DNA from: Yuukianura sp. NJ FZ-2021 | Lineage: Eukaryota | Length of the DNA: 64,000 nucleotides | NCBI GenBank assembly: GCA_046563655.1 | Contig: CM102290.1 | Location: 744,001 to 808,000, forward strand | Reading direction: 5' to 3' | Part shown: positions 49,401 through 64,000 of the stretch, in pieces | How positions within the stretch are numbered: the stretch's first letter is position 1 | Layout of the letters: each line of letters starts with the position of its first letter | Made by a program: the position numbers and the translations under genes | The notes under the pieces: model-generated | Databases searched by the model: none | The model's input: only the letters and a program-made list of their open reading frames with translations | Told to the model about the DNA's origin: nothing

Positions 49401-52400
49401 AATTACTTTAATTCAGTCAATGGGAAGTTTCATTGATACATCCTCACTACATAGCATTAGGTGTCACATCGTATGAATCATGTGCACAAGTAGCTCACAA
49501 ATGATAAATAATTTCCATATTATTAGTTCCAAAGAAAATGAAATGACAATAGCCCGTCTAATAACCCAAAGAGTAAGTAAGTAGCGTAAGAGATGGGCCT
49601 TTGACATAGAAAATTTACGGTGGTTACGCTTCAGCGCATGCTTGTTGCTCACCGTGGAAAACCACAGTGCAACGTGGAGAAATCATTTCTAAAACGGTTA
49701 AAAAAGCTGACCTTTAACCCAGACGGAGTTCACTTTACATGGTATTTACTACAAAGGTTGTTGATCTCCATTGGGTGTACAACTTTTGCATATCTCAGGA
49801 TCGTGTTACTGTGGATGAAACCGGTTGACCTTGATATTTGAAGGAGCTGACCCACCGAGATGGTATTCAATAGCAAACACTCCTTGGACGTCGAGTGCTC
49901 AACAGTGACCACAGATCCCGGTAATCTCTAGTAGTTTTCGAGATAATTGCCGCCGACGGACAGACAGACAAAATCAAAGGAATAAGTAACTTAGCTTGTG
50001 CAGCACTGAAGAGATTTGTATAGATTCAGATTTACAGAAACATGAAATATATTCTGGATTATGAGTCTCATCCATAGTCTCCAAGCTGTTTCGAAATTTA
50101 CAAACTTAGGAATATCGTCTGCGAAAAATATCTCTTGATCATAAATTCAGCATCTTAGAAGTACTACATCAGAGGAAACGTATACATTATATACAAAGGG
50201 CTGTGTCGAGAATATTCATATTTTCAAACCGTACTTGATACAACGGAGAAAGCAAAAGCCTATTGCAATTTCTTCAAGACTGTGAACCACTGTAACAAAG
50301 AAGCCCTTTGAAGATGAATCGAAGCAGAAAAGATGAAGCGCTTGTTTGAGCCAAACGTTGTTTGGAATTTCACTGTTTATATTTATACTTTTCGAAGACA
50401 GATCTCATCCTTTGGACCAACATACTGAACATCATTTTCAGCAGTAGTGAGTACATTTATGGAAAAAGGCACAAGCGTCGAGTTGTCTGACTCGTCATGC
50501 AACAGATCGTGTACAAAACACAGACGTTTCAAATCAAAAGGTGCATGTTGCATATTTGAAACTACCTCGACAGCAAATCATCCTCATACAGTCTGCAATT
50601 TACTGCCCTGCCCTAAGACTCTGTCTACATTCTTGTAATTCCTAAGGTTCCAGTACTAACTACAATGTCACTGAACGGAGCAGGAGTCATACAGTATCAT
50701 CGCTATCACGTTTTTTTTTTCCATCGACTTTCTCTGCTTTCTCAACAACTTTTTTTTCCATCCGACTTTGAACGAAAACTTCGTTCAACCAAGTTGTTCC
50801 TTGTCAAAAGCTTTCATTTTCTGAAGCAAGTAATTCGGTTCATTTCCAAGAAAAAAATGCAACACAACCCACCCAACGTTCTTGAAGAACCAAACTTTCC
50901 TTTCCAGAGTTAGCTTTCCCAAAACCCTTAATGGAACTGACACGACAAAAAGAAGATAACCAGATTTACAACACGGGCGTCAAGCTAAAAGAAACTGGAA
51001 ACGCTGCCATTACGCCAAAAATCCTCAAAATCTCATTCCAAGTCTTTCAAAAACCTTGGAGGCATTTCAAACAAAAGGAAGAAAAAAAAAACGTTGAGGA
51101 CTTTCCTTCTGTCAACAGTTTTCTTCATTCCAGTGCTATTATTTATACTCCAGCATTTTCAACAACTTTTGACCATGTACAAATGTTCGAAAATAAAATA
51201 AATTGGAACTTGATACGAACAGTGGAGGTCAGCGATGTAAGTTCCGTAAAATTGTAACTTACATGGTGATCGACAGTATAATGAAATTCTCAGTGTAAGG
51301 CATATGGTCAGCAGTTCCCTGAAAAATAGAGCGAGCTCAATTCGTGATTTCGATTTGTATAGTTTAATTGGACACGGAAAAAACCATGTCTAGCAAAATT
51401 GGACTTTTTCTAAGTTGTTATGCCGTATTCTCATGCATGTGTGAGTTCAATCCGTTCTCATCGGCTTTAAATTTCAAACCAAAGTTTATCGGATTTTCTC
51501 TCATAAAATATTCTTCGTAAATCTAAATTTTTTTTCTTTCTTTTCTCTTCCTCATTGGACTGTCTTTTCAAATTGAAATTTCGAAACTAAAGCAAACTTT
51601 TAGAAAACTTTTGCACAGAACTATTCTGCGGAAATCAGGCTTTTGACATTTTCAAATTTCATACAGTCAAGCATTTAAATTCTTGAAACAAAAACATATC
51701 CTTATCCTTCAACCACAAAACTGCTTAGCTCCAAACTACGTAAAGCTGAAAATATTCCCAAAACGAGTTAAAATACACTTTGGAGCCAATTTCTCCAGGA
51801 ACTTGGTGTCAGTTTCTATCAAATTTTTCCTTGGGCAGTTCTATCTACGTCAGCTGACACTAATAGATTTTTGTCATGTTTGTATTTCGGGACTTTTCCA
51901 CTTCGTGACTATTTTGAAAGAAGTGACCTTTGAAGGTTTTTATGTAACTGCGATTGGCCTAATGGTGGAGATAGGAAGAGAAAGTCTATTCGTGTTCCTA
52001 TCACCCCCTCCCTGTCACCAACAAAGATGAATGAGGATGTCCCATGCCCATTAGGTTACGTTCAACAAACTAAAGCCACAAACTTTTACATGTTATTTGG
52101 TTACAACCACCGACTCCTCCAGCGTTCCGCAGTAGAGAACACAGCACCATTTTTCGTCAGTGTAATTTGTGAATGCTCTGCTTTCTCCGCTGGAGAAAGT
52201 ACATTAAGAGCCTCAAATGCAGAGGTAAAAGAGATAAGTAGGTTCATGGACATTAAGATTAGGACGAGAGATAAGTTTGTCCATTCCGAATGTCTCGCCT
52301 GATTTGACCTCCAGTCAGTCAGTCGCCCGCCTGCAATTCCATATGTCCCAACACCAGTTCCGCGTGGGCGTAGCTAGGAATGAGACTCAGAAAGCTAACC

Positions 52401-55400
52401 AAATACTAATACAAAAGAGTCGTCAAATCTTGCATTGCAGTGGGTTGACTTTGGCTTTCAGTAGTATTGCGAGTTAGGCTAGATACGAAAACAATGGACA
52501 ATTATGATAATAGAGGGTAGAAAATCAGAGAGAAAGAAGAGGGAAGTCTTGGAGTGAAACCAAGGAAGCATACACGACACATTGGCGAAAAGCCAGAAAC
52601 AGTTGCTCAAGCTTCATAGTAGTAGTTACGTCCTTCGCCTTCTTTCAATGTACAGTGTGGTCAAAGGCAAATCAAAACCATTTCAAGCTTGGCGGGAGTT
52701 GTGAAGTGAGTTCAAAACAAACCAACTGACAGCCTACCATAATTGAGCAGCTTAGAAAGTATTTTCACTATGAAACACTTTCAACTAGGAATTCGAATCA
52801 CTCCTAACCAACGATGCCTTACTACACTATTTCAAACCGGTTTTACACAAAATTGTTTTTTAAACGTTCAATAAAATCTTTCGTATCGACGAATAAAATT
52901 TTAATTTCAGTTTGGTATTTTAGAAAAAAAAAAATTAATGCGTTCCTCGCACAGTAAGAAAATCGTTTTCAAGAGGGTATGGGCAAAACAAAAACATTTT
53001 TTTTAAACCAGGTTTTGGCCAAACGCTTTCTTTAAAAACCAAAAAACTGAAAAGATAGAGAACAGAGGATTGCAAACAACGTTCTTCACTTCGTTTCCGT
53101 CACTCGACAACATCCTCCGCATCAGAGAACTTTTGAACCATAATGTACATGGAAGCGTGCTTGGAAGTCGTCTTGTGAAAAGACTTTCCCTGCCAGAAAA
53201 ACTTTCTGTTGTACCTTCGCTTTCTTTCCCTTCGCCCCGGCTGGTCTTCTGTTGTGGAGCAAATAAGTAATAGATGATTTCTTTGCGTGAATGTCAAGAT
53301 CCTAACCAAACAAACATTCCTTAGATTGTTTAATACACGGAGGATCTCGCCTAAACACTAATAAAGTACTCTTTTGAGCCTATTCCATCTTTATTAAGGT
53401 CATGACCTAACATATCAACTGGCATTGAAACGTTGGGCGTCCTACTCAGCAGTCAGGCTTTAAACTTAATTTAAGCTTAACTTTCTGACTAATTATAAAT
53501 GGTTGTAAGTAGTTCTACTCGACAAGTAATTACAAAGCGAGAGTTAAAAATAACAAGTCAACTGCCTGTAGTCATGCAACCTCACAAAATATTACACTTT
53601 CATACTTGTTTTCAACAACCCCCTTGCGGCTTTCTAACATTTCCTCATTTGAATCTTATCAACATCCTCAATACTTATGTTGTGACACAAGTTACAATTA
53701 ATTTGGACACGTCACATGTCATTTCTCATTGTTCCATCACACAAGAGTCCACACCGCATGAGAGAAATGAATGTTTTAATCACTTTGACTAAAAGTTTTC
53801 ACGTGAGCTGAAGCAATTTCTGTCGGCGTCAAATTCAAATCCAGTAATGTATTTTCACAAGCATTATTCATTGACAAAATCAACCAACAATAAGTGTCAT
53901 TTCAACGTGACAGCTTCAGAATTTAGGAGTTACAACTTCCGAAGAAGGCTAAGAAAAGTTACCATCAATATTTAAGTAAAGTGCAACCAGGTTCACATTC
54001 ACAATTTATACGAAAACAAGTATATTTTCTCTTATCCTTTCAAATTTTAGACCCACCAAATTGAATGTATCAATATATATTAAGAACCACGTAGAAGATT
54101 CCTACCATTCTCTTTTTCAAGTGCTACGAAACACTAAAAAGGGTGCCTTCGTAGACGGAAATACCGTTTTTATTGTTTAGTAAAAAAAAGTACGAGAGAA
54201 AGTGCGCACATAAACCTGAAATCCAAAGATCTCGAATAGACCAGATAAGTGTTAAATAACGACGCAAAGAAAGTTTATTTCTGGGTTCCACGTTGAAGGG
54301 AAAAGCAACGGATTTGCCTATGAACTAGTCTAGAGATCTCAATCTCTGCATTAGAAATCTCCCAGGAACGACAGTCGAGAAGTGCTACTATGAGAACACC
54401 GCAATAGTTATAGCACTAGCACGACGGTGAAAAGTGTCACGGTGAAACTGTGCCCATAGTCGTCGTCTCCTTCAATGCTAATGACCACAACGACAGAAGA
54501 GGATTACCCGACACTACTGAGGAGGGCTTTATACTTTCCAAACCACAAAAGTTGGCCAACTTCTACTGTATTAACTGTCATCAACCACCCTTTGAGGTGC
54601 CTACTTTGTCTTCACGCCAATTTACAAAATGGAGGTGCAAAAAGCTCTTCTTCCTCTTCCCAACTGCTGTCTTTTCCAAAATGAGTCAATTTAAATGCAA
54701 CATAATCGGAGTTATCCAGATGAACAGGATTCAATCTTTAGTTCTCTCCACTCAATGTTTACTCCTAAGTTATTAGTCAATAATTCCTAGCCCTCAATTT
54801 CTCATTTCCGTACCTAACACTCTCTTAATTGACAAGAAAGTTGAAACTTCTAGACAACGTTAGCACAACTTCGTGGTCTGAACTTAATCATTATTACCGA
54901 TTCCCGCGTAACCACGCATGCTCAGAACCATGAATCCATACGTTCATTCACTCCCCTACTATTTTGAAACCTCTATATATAAACTTTTTTTTGAAAACTT
55001 TCTCCCTCCTCTATGGGCATTACAATTAGGTGGGTTGCACGAAACCAGCATGCCATTTTTAAACGAAACGAAAAAGTTCAAGAGTAAATGTTGTCAAACT
55101 TTAGCTTGCTTTCATTCATTTTCTTTTTACTTCGCGAGTTGTTTTTGCTTGACTTTTTTCTGCCCCAAATTGAATTATTCAATCCTACTCAAATGACCAT
55201 TAGAATCAATAGCCCTGAAACACACAAATAAGAATTAACTAAGTTTTTCAAGTTTTGCCATTTCATTGTCAAAACTTAGAACCAGCACAAGAGTCAGTCT
55301 GAAATTTCAAAATTTAGAATGAAAAAGTTCAGTGGTTGGTTAGCAAATATGTCCAGTCCATATCCAGCATTCACCTTTTTAGTCGAACTTACAAATCAAA

Positions 55401-56304
55401 AATAAATTTCTGAAGTCCGAAAACTTAAGTATAGTTGTTTGTCTTAAACAAGTTGTTAAAAATATACAAGAAAGTTCCGCTCCCGGAATACTTTTCATTC
55501 CTTTCCCATAAAACAGTCCTATTTCCTACTTTGACAAAACATGACAGTTGTTTACAATTGGCAACTCCCAAACTGTTTTATATGTCAACGTCAATTTGGC
55601 CACACTGTCACCCCTTTCATGTTACTACTCTGAAGTTAAACTAATTAAATTTTAATTTGTGCTTGAATCTACGCCACTCCCAAGTTCCTTGCGACCCCTG
55701 GTGGTTTCTCCGTTTTAATTAAATGTGCATTTGGAAATGGTAGAAAGGCTTTTCGAAAAACATTTCTTCAATCCTAACGCAAAAGTCTATGTTACTTCTG
55801 TATGTGCGGGAGCCCTCCTGCCGAATAGACACAAAAACTAAAACTTTCCCAACCAATCTTTTGCTACCCCGCCCTCAAGACCTCCTCACTTTAATTCCTC
55901 CATAGACTTCTAATTGCAACTTGTCTTTTGTCACGCCGAGAAAAGTTAGACAGAGCCCTTTACCTAAGTTAGAAAACCTACTCAGGAACATTGACATTAT
56001 TCCTCCTTTGTCACGCAACGACAATTAGCTAGCTCATCTCTATAAGCCTCTCCCTAATCCTTGCCACGAGTTACTTTTTTCCGCAACAAAAAGTATTGTT
56101 ATCCACATTCCCAAGGCGGAATTACACCATCAAAACTTGCTTTCAGTCTAAAAGAAAGTCTATCTAAAAGGAATAGGTTGACAAAGACTTTAGACTCAGA
56201 AGAAACGAGAAGACAAGCGTAGTCTAGGAAAGATGCAAGGTAAATAGAATACTACTAGGTAGTGCGAATGGAAAGTTTGTTTGGTTGCCATGTGGAAAAA
56301 AAAA

Positions 56305-56443
56305 TGACGTCACCCGCTGAAAATACCGGAATTCTGCCAATTATTTGTGGTGTCCTATAGAAACCCGTAAGACACATCTTGTTTACATAAATGCCAGCGG
56401 GTTCCAATTTCACGATTACGGTATTTTTCAGCTGGTGACGTCA
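56305..56443. repeat. Inverted repeat whose two arms each end in a perfect CRE palindrome (TGACGTCA)
   Basis: TGACGTCACCCGCTGAAAATACCG (56305-56328) pairs with CGGTATTTTTCAGCTGGTGACGTCA (56419-56443). Confidence 0.75.
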
Positions 56444-59400
56444 CAAACAAAAAATTGCGTTGGTTGCTATGGGCGCCATTTGCAGGGGGCTGGGAAAGAT
56501 GAAAGAAAAACACGGATGCTTTCCTTGTTCAGGATTCAAATTCATTGACATGCTTAGACCATTTTGAATTTATTGTTAGTAATATGATGGTGTCGGGCTT
56601 GTGTCGAGATGGATGATGCTTTGGCCACATGTTGTTTAAATATTCTCCAAGGAAGACGCAAGTCCAGTTCTTGTGCTGCTCCGTCCAACAACGAAAACCG
56701 GAGACTCTTAACTTTATCTTCGTTTTTATGGCCCACTTTTCTTTTTCCATTCTGTTACGCACTGGAGCTTTCTCTCCAGAGAGACCGAGGTCTGGGAACA
56801 ACTTTTCCCAAATGACAAGTCCAACAGCCGCCATTTCATAAAGAGCAATACATCGAACTCTATCTACACTCAAACTGAATGACTCAGGCACCGACTTCTT
56901 TCTTTCTTCAAGTGTTCAAATGCTAGTAACGTTAAGCTCCAGACGTAAATTATGGAGTATAAGATATAATAGTACACCACAACATGAAAACTGCATATCA
57001 GTCAACATTTACGTCCAAGCACTACTGCATTTCATGTTAAAGAAAACATTCATTTCACTTTCATTTCCTTCTTGCTTCTTTTTCTTTTAAAAAAAAATCT
57101 TTAAAAAAGCGCTCAGTAAAGCCTTCGACATATCAAATACCATTTTTAGCTTAATTTTTTTCAACTAAGGGCTTTCTGCTTACCAAAAGTTCTATTAGTA
57201 CAGGAGTGTATTTCCCAGGTTGATATAGCTCCCATTTATACAAATGAGCTAAGAGTATGAGAGAGTAACAGTTACAGAGTTATGGCATAACCTGTTAACA
57301 AAAAACAAACAAAATTTCCATTTAAACCTACAGAAGACAGGGATTGGTATAAAAACAAAGACAAAAATAACCAAACAAAATTTCACCTTCTCCGTCAATG
57401 TGCAAACATAATTTGTCGCTTCTGCCTCCTCGTGACTACCAAAAACAATCAAATACTGTTCAAATTCAAACAATAATGGAGTGCAATGGACTGAAATATG
57501 AAGATATCAAAAAACACAAGAAGAAAGAGAAAATACATAATTCATGGATGTTATTCAATTCCACAAAGTAAAAAATGGGAGTCAAGTGAGATATAGCCTT
57601 CAACAAAAAATAAGGAACGAATAAAGAAAATCGGTTCTCTCCTACTTTCGGCGGCGTCTCTAACGCCGATGGATTCCTTTCCACTTTCACCACTTCTCCA
57701 CGATCCCATTTATGAGTTATGATGAAAAAGGCTTTGTTGACTGAGGTACTTCTAGTAGTGCAAAAATGAAAGGAAGAAGATGCAAAACCATTTTTGAAAT
57801 GCCGCTTTTTACACTATCAACTACACAGGAAAAATCTAATGTCAAAAAGATCCGTGAGAAAAAAGGGCGAGGACTTGGGAAGAAGAGTGTCTCTCAGGGC
57901 CCTCCTCAATTGAATCCCTATAATATTGAAAACATGGATTTGGTGCGGATTTACAAGGATTTGGCCACTTCAATTTCTATTTCCATTCACCAACAGCTTT
58001 CTCTTTATCCTACACCACCATCACCAGCTGAGGCAACAATGAAAATATATATTTTCATATTTTTTTGATCCTATGATCACAGAAAATATGGAGTGGCAAA
58101 GTGTGCACTTTCTCGCAATATTATCAATTTCAGTTTCAAGAAGAGGGCGCCAAGAGGTCCACTTAGATCAAAAGACATTCTGGAATTGGATGTGGTTGTG
58201 GATCAAGAGGGTTAATTTTAGCTATACTCGTCGCTGAAAATGCCATTCACCGAAATGGGTCACAAAGTGTCAGAGGCAATTTCATATGGATGAGAGCACT
58301 TAAGGAAAATGGACATTCCCTTTGTTTTGCTAAACTAACTCTGGAGCACTAGGAACAAAATCAATGTCCAAAACTAAACCGGTTCTAAAATACTACATAC
58401 AAAAGACATGGTAGAGGACTTTTGGAAGTCAAAGCAAGTGCTCGAGATGATTAATAGTTCAATTCTCTACTCTATCCTTTGTTTGTGGTCAAATACTTTC
58501 AGCAACTGTCCCCCAAATCACAAAAGATGCTCTCTTTTTGCAGTACGTGTTAGCCAAAACAGCAACTTTCCAAATGACATAAAAAGCAAGTTGGTTATTT
58601 GTAGAGATTACCGCTTTGAACTAGTTAAACCAAGAAAAGATAAGCTTCAACAACAAAAGAGAATTTTACAAAAATCAAAGTTTTAAAATTTATTTTTAAA
58701 CTTAATGACATAACAAGATTGTAAAAGAAAAATGTTAAAAAAGAAACTGACTACAAGGAGAACAAGCAAAAACCGGAAAATTCAAAGCTGGCGAGAAGAG
58801 ATACTATCTCCTCGACAGAAGTCGAAGTGCGCCTCCTTCTTTGAATTTCGACACAAAAAAAAATGAAGGCATTAGCAAAAGCAGTTACATTGTCGTCGTC
58901 TTCGTCCTCTCCAAAAAAAAAGCCAAGAAGATAATGCAGTTGGAAAGTCACTAAAAGCCATTGAATACAAGATTCAGATTCAACACTTTCTCCCTTGCTA
59001 TAAGAAAAACTTATTCTCAGCTTAAGTCTAAAACCTTTGATCTCATTCAATTTATCCAAAGGACGAAAGTAATGCAAAAAAAAACGCGTCACGACCAGTA
59101 GAAGTCGAGGAGTCTTCCGAAAATTAAGTAAAAGTAAATAAGGTTTTAGAAGAGAAAGTTCTCCTCTTATAACCTGACGTCGTGTACACTATTTCTTTCG
59201 GTTTTCTTAAAGGTATAGCTTTAAATCCGAACACTACAAAGTGAAGGCGCCAATTCCGACATACTGGAAACTTCAAAATAGAAAAAACGGGCAATGTTTT
59301 CCAACTGCATTTTATATTTTACAATCAATTCAATCCAAAAAGTTCAAAGAGTTTTAAAAAAAAACTGTTCTAGACGTAAAAAATGGGGTCAGAAAAGAAG

Positions 59401-62400
59401 AAAGTTGGAAAAAAAAAGAGTAAAATATAAAGTTAAGATCAAACAAACTCTAAAAGAGCTGTTCTTGATACAAAAATTTCCAGAAGGTGTTTTGTTATTG
59501 TATACATTTACTGGGTACTTCAGACTCCTTTTTCGCTCTTGCTTAGCTAGTCTTTTCTCTCAAAGCAAAAAAAAAAAAAAATACGCAAGACATACAAAAC
59601 ATAATGGAAAGCCAAAGTTTGATATCTGTGCTCTTCTTCTTGGAATTTTTTGCTTTCTTTTTTATTTTTTTTTGAAAAATCCTTAAAGTAAGCAAGAAAG
59701 TGAGGAAAGGGAGTGAAAAATGAGAAAATTAAATAGACTCTGCTGGATTTTGGCTCCACCGCTACCATTGTTCGAATCGCGTTTTTTGTAGAATTTCTGC
59801 TGAACAAGAGTAAACTCCACAAAAAAAAAACTTTCTGTGCGGTGTAAAGTACGTTTCTGTACCTCCAAACGTGAACAAGATAAAGAAAGACGGGATTGTA
59901 TAGACGTTTCCATTTGTCTCTAGTTCTACCGCTTTCTTTTTCACATTCAGTCATAGAAACTTCAGCGAGCGAAAACAAAACCACTACCACTTGACAACAA
60001 CAATTGAACTCAAATTAAAAACTTTTTTTTTAAAGAAGCAAAGAAAAAAATGGAGACAAAATTAGTTTGAACAACTTTTAAATAAAATTGAAATAGACTT
60101 GGGCCCTATTTTTTTCTTACGCTGCCAGATATAAATCATTTACTCCTAGATTCTTATTATAGTAAGGTTTTTTTTTTATTTAGAAAAAAAAATGTTTGCT
60201 TGGATTCAAATTGAAAGTCTTTTTAGTAAAGTGAAAGCAAAAGTAAACACTGTGTTTTCCTGCTGGTTGAAAACTCAGCGAAAGTTTTCGGTAAAAACTA
60301 CATTTTCTCCCCCTTCCCCTGCACGTCGTACTATAGTTTAAAATTCGTTTTTCTTTTTTTTTTGAAAACAGCGGGAGTGTTTCATTTCCTGAGTTTTTCA
60401 TTCTTTAGTATACACACAGACAAAGCAGACGACACAAAATGGAAACTTACACAACCAGATCACAAAGATTTAAACATAAAACAAAGGAAGAAACCTAGCG
60501 GGTACGTTGATAACTTTCTGCTTTACGTGTTCTATCGCCAAGTCAAATGATTTTTCCAACTTAAAACAGAAGAAAAAAATCAAAAGTTTCAAAAAAAACG
60601 TCACAATCTGCTTAAAAATACAGTTTCAATTTTCGTTATTATATATTTTTTTTTCAAGAATGGAAAAACCTTGTTTTATAATTATATTACGTCACCGATG
60701 TTCCACGTATAATATTAATATTTCGCTGATAATACGTCTACCAACATTAAAAAATTCAAAAAGGTTCTTCCTACGACCCAAACTTCATTAATTTTTGTAA
60801 CAGGGGCGTAAAAATTAAGTTTTTTTTTACTTGATTATTTTTATATTTCGACAACAAAATCAATTCCTTTGGACACTAACCAAATCCAACGTCACGTTAG
60901 GTAGTATTAAAACTTAAACGCTTAACAAAAGTAATGGTAAGGATAGTATCATCTCCAAGGCTGACATTCAACTCTTCGAGCTGAGCAGTGTAAACCATTT
61001 ACGGAGCGTAAAAGAAGTTCTAATTAAGGTTCAAGCAAAAGTGGACTTGGTAGGAAGAGGTTTAGAAATTATTCATAACTTTTAAGTCAAACAACCACAA
61101 CTATGAGCCAAATTTAGAACTCAACAGTTTCATTTTCTCATGTACAAACCGTACAATGTGAGTTTCAAACTGAACTTGACAACTGTGTGGACATCCATGT
61201 GCACATTGAAAAGTGAAAACAAAAACAGTTTCAGGAAATTCAATTGATTTAATGGACAAAAATAAACATCAGAAGTTACGCATAAAAAAAACTGTTCATA
61301 TTATTTTTGTTATTGAATATGTTTCCTAGACCAGAATTTCCAAAATGTATTTCATTCAAAACAAATTCGGGATTGAAGAACAAAATGGTTGAATCCAATT
61401 TTGAACTTATTGCTTTTCCTAACTTTTCTCTTCCATTTCGAAGGATACAAGTTGACCAAAACTTTTACCATATTTTGTGTCATGGCTTCAGGGATAAGGG
61501 AGTGGTTGTTGGTGACTTTGCAAGAAGAAAAAAAAAAGAATAAGGACGCACAACCACAAGCAAAAGTCCTTCTTCTCCCTGTACTTTCTCTTCCCTTCTT
61601 CTGTCAAAGTACTTTTTGTTTCCGCCTCTTGGCAAGAGACTTTTTGGCATGGATGAACAATCAGAATAACAATCGATTTCCGTTTGTCTCATCATTATGG
61701 TAGACGATAAAACCAAGTCAAAAGAGATTCTCAGTACACAAAGACTTATATTTCCTACCCAAAGTTACTAATGACATTCTCTCTTCGAGAGGATCACATT
61801 AGTCAAGAAGACAACCTTCCATTTGGGTCATTGGACAAACTCAAAAGGGCATGTGCAAACGACATTATGAGAGTCACAAAAATGAAAACATGCGAGTTAC
61901 TGTAATAAGAAACATGATTCTGTTTTGGTCGATATTTCCTTCAACTTTGGATTTTGTCTCACAAACCACAGCTTTTCTTTGACTTTAACAAACCTAGGCT
62001 CACCATGCAAATCCTAAGATTTTCAATTTTACAAATCCTGCAAAACGTGATTTTGGCAACTTGGAAAAATTTCATCACAAAAATTTGTTCCAAATTTCAA
62101 ATTGTGCATACCAAAACAGACAAAACACGAGACGTTGGAGCAAGAGAAACCTTGTTTATAACTTAAATTAAATGACTTTGAATTACAACCAAGGTTAATA
62201 GTAAATCGAAGTTGAGCGTTTTGGGAGTGAAGAGAAAGCACTTGAAGTGAAATCCCAGCGGAGAAAGGTTAGATCAGCATCAGCGTAGTAAATTACGGTT
62301 AGATGACTTTGATTGTTTGCTCTAGACATTCCCTAAGTGCCAAATAATTTCCATAAGGGAAAGTGTTAAGTCAAAATACAAGGAAAATCGTTCAAAAATT

Positions 62401-64000
62401 TAATTTTGAATTCTGCTCGTTCCATGTTTGTCAAAACTCTCAAGTAAAGCAAAACTATTAAGATTTTAGTTTAAAATCTGTTCCCATCTCATCTTAATCT
62501 TAAAAATTCAAAATCAAATGGCTACTTTCTCAAAAAATCTTATTTTTCCTTGAGAAAATCTGAAAACTGAAGACAGAATCAAACCAACAAATTTTTCTTT
62601 AAATCCTTTCTCCAGTCCAAACAAACAGGTTTTGAAAGTAAAAAAAATACGCATTGTTTTCTACGAATTATTAAAAAAAAGGGAAATAAAATCAGATGTC
62701 TTTAAGAGTTCACTTTCAAAAAACTAATTCAGCATTTTTCAAGAAAGAACAAAATTTTGGCTTCCATTTCATTAAAACCTAACCAAGCCCGTTCTTAACC
62801 TAATTAGCATCATATGGAAGCCCACCTCCGCAACACATTTGTGCCAATGATTTCCTTTGTGCTATGGCTAAGTATTATTTCAAAAAAATGCCCAGCTTTG
62901 AAAGAGACACTTTAAAATTAGTAAGGTCAAGAGTCCACATCAAACGAAAACTGCCAACGCAAATCATACAGGAAGCCGCTTTGAGCGTGGGTATATTAAT
63001 TGGATTAAGATTGGTGCGGTATTGTTGCGGTACTGTGTGCTGCGGTGGCGGAGGTTTCCATTTGACAGCGCGGCAGTGTTTGTCTTTGGCTCCAATTAAC
63101 ATGGAACCATCCAATTTCCGTCGTCTCATCTATCCCTTTGACTTTCTCCGAACTAAAAACTTCCATCCGTCGAACCCCCTTTCACCCTACATTAAACTTC
63201 GCTCCATTAGGACCCCAGTTAATATTTTCTTTTAATCTCATCTCTGTAACATGAGTCAGATTATGCCTTAAAAGAATAGGAACCTCAGAGACACTCGGAC
63301 TAGTTACCCAAAGGAAATGCAGAGCTACCTTCTGAGTTCCGTTTTGTTCAAGGAACATTGTCATTTAAATTAAAGTCTTCTAAAGAACACACGCTCTATT
63401 GATCTCGTACATTGCTATTCACAGTTAAGCTTGGAAACCAATTTAGTCCTTATAAAGGAACAGGCGTCTTCTGTGGACCAACACCGGGAGAAAGGAACAT
63501 CTCTAATGCAATTTCCATTGATTAACATCCCTGACGATGAGCAGAGTTCTGTCTCTGATCTTCTTCCTTCCCTCATGCCAGTACAGATTACAAATGAGCT
63601 CAAAAGGAACTCCGCTCAAAATCTACTCCCTTCTCCAGAAGCAGAGAAAGTATTACCTTAGAACCACAACCCCACTCCACTCCAAACCCAATTCAAAATC
63701 TATCCATTTCAAAAGTTGTTCACATAATTTGTTAAATATTCAAAAGTTCAAAAACTTTCTTTTAATCTATTAGTGGACTTATTACGTTTCAGCGTCGCAG
63801 CTAAACTATCCAAGCCACTTTTCTCAAAAGTCGTTTGGAAATAATTGCCCAATCTAAAAATTGGCTAAAATCCGAAACAAATCTTCTGTTTTTAAACCAA
63901 AAACCTTTTCATTGCAAAATTGTAATTCAAATCCTAATAAAAGAAAATGATAATGTCCAACAACAACAAAAATTCTAAAAGCCAAACTGGTAATAACCCG

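Noticed and set aside
39229..63364. Dozens of 60-147 aa ORFs in the right-hand region
   Set aside because: Compositions reflect A/T homopolymer runs (K, F, L, I rich); no transposase, reverse-transcriptase or other domain motifs were recognised.

Overview
Eukaryotic, AT-rich, intron-containing genomic DNA from an arthropod-like invertebrate. Introns are mostly 55-100 bp and GT-AG; the taxon is inferred from protein similarity only. The left 39 kb is a dense block of conserved genes: the 3' end of a plus-strand zinc-finger gene, which appears to lie inside an intron of the minus-strand NCoR/SMRTER gene (5' part only), then Prp19, GINS1/Psf1, HIRA and a complete ~40-exon neurofibromin (NF1) gene on the plus strand, converging on a minus-strand alpha-adrenergic-like octopamine receptor (Oamb-like). 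The right ~25 kb has no convincing coding sequence and is probably the receptor's 5' intron and regulatory region. Many short inverted-repeat (MITE-like) insertions are present, including a three-member family with GGTTG...CAACC ends and 8-bp target-site duplications. I found no prokaryotic system, CRISPR array, rRNA or tRNA, and no clear new multi-gene system. The best leads are the MITE family, the nested antisense zinc-finger gene, frame-preserving NF1 cassette exons, a long spliced NF1 leader and a double-CRE inverted repeat upstream of the receptor. Exon coordinates were read by eye.
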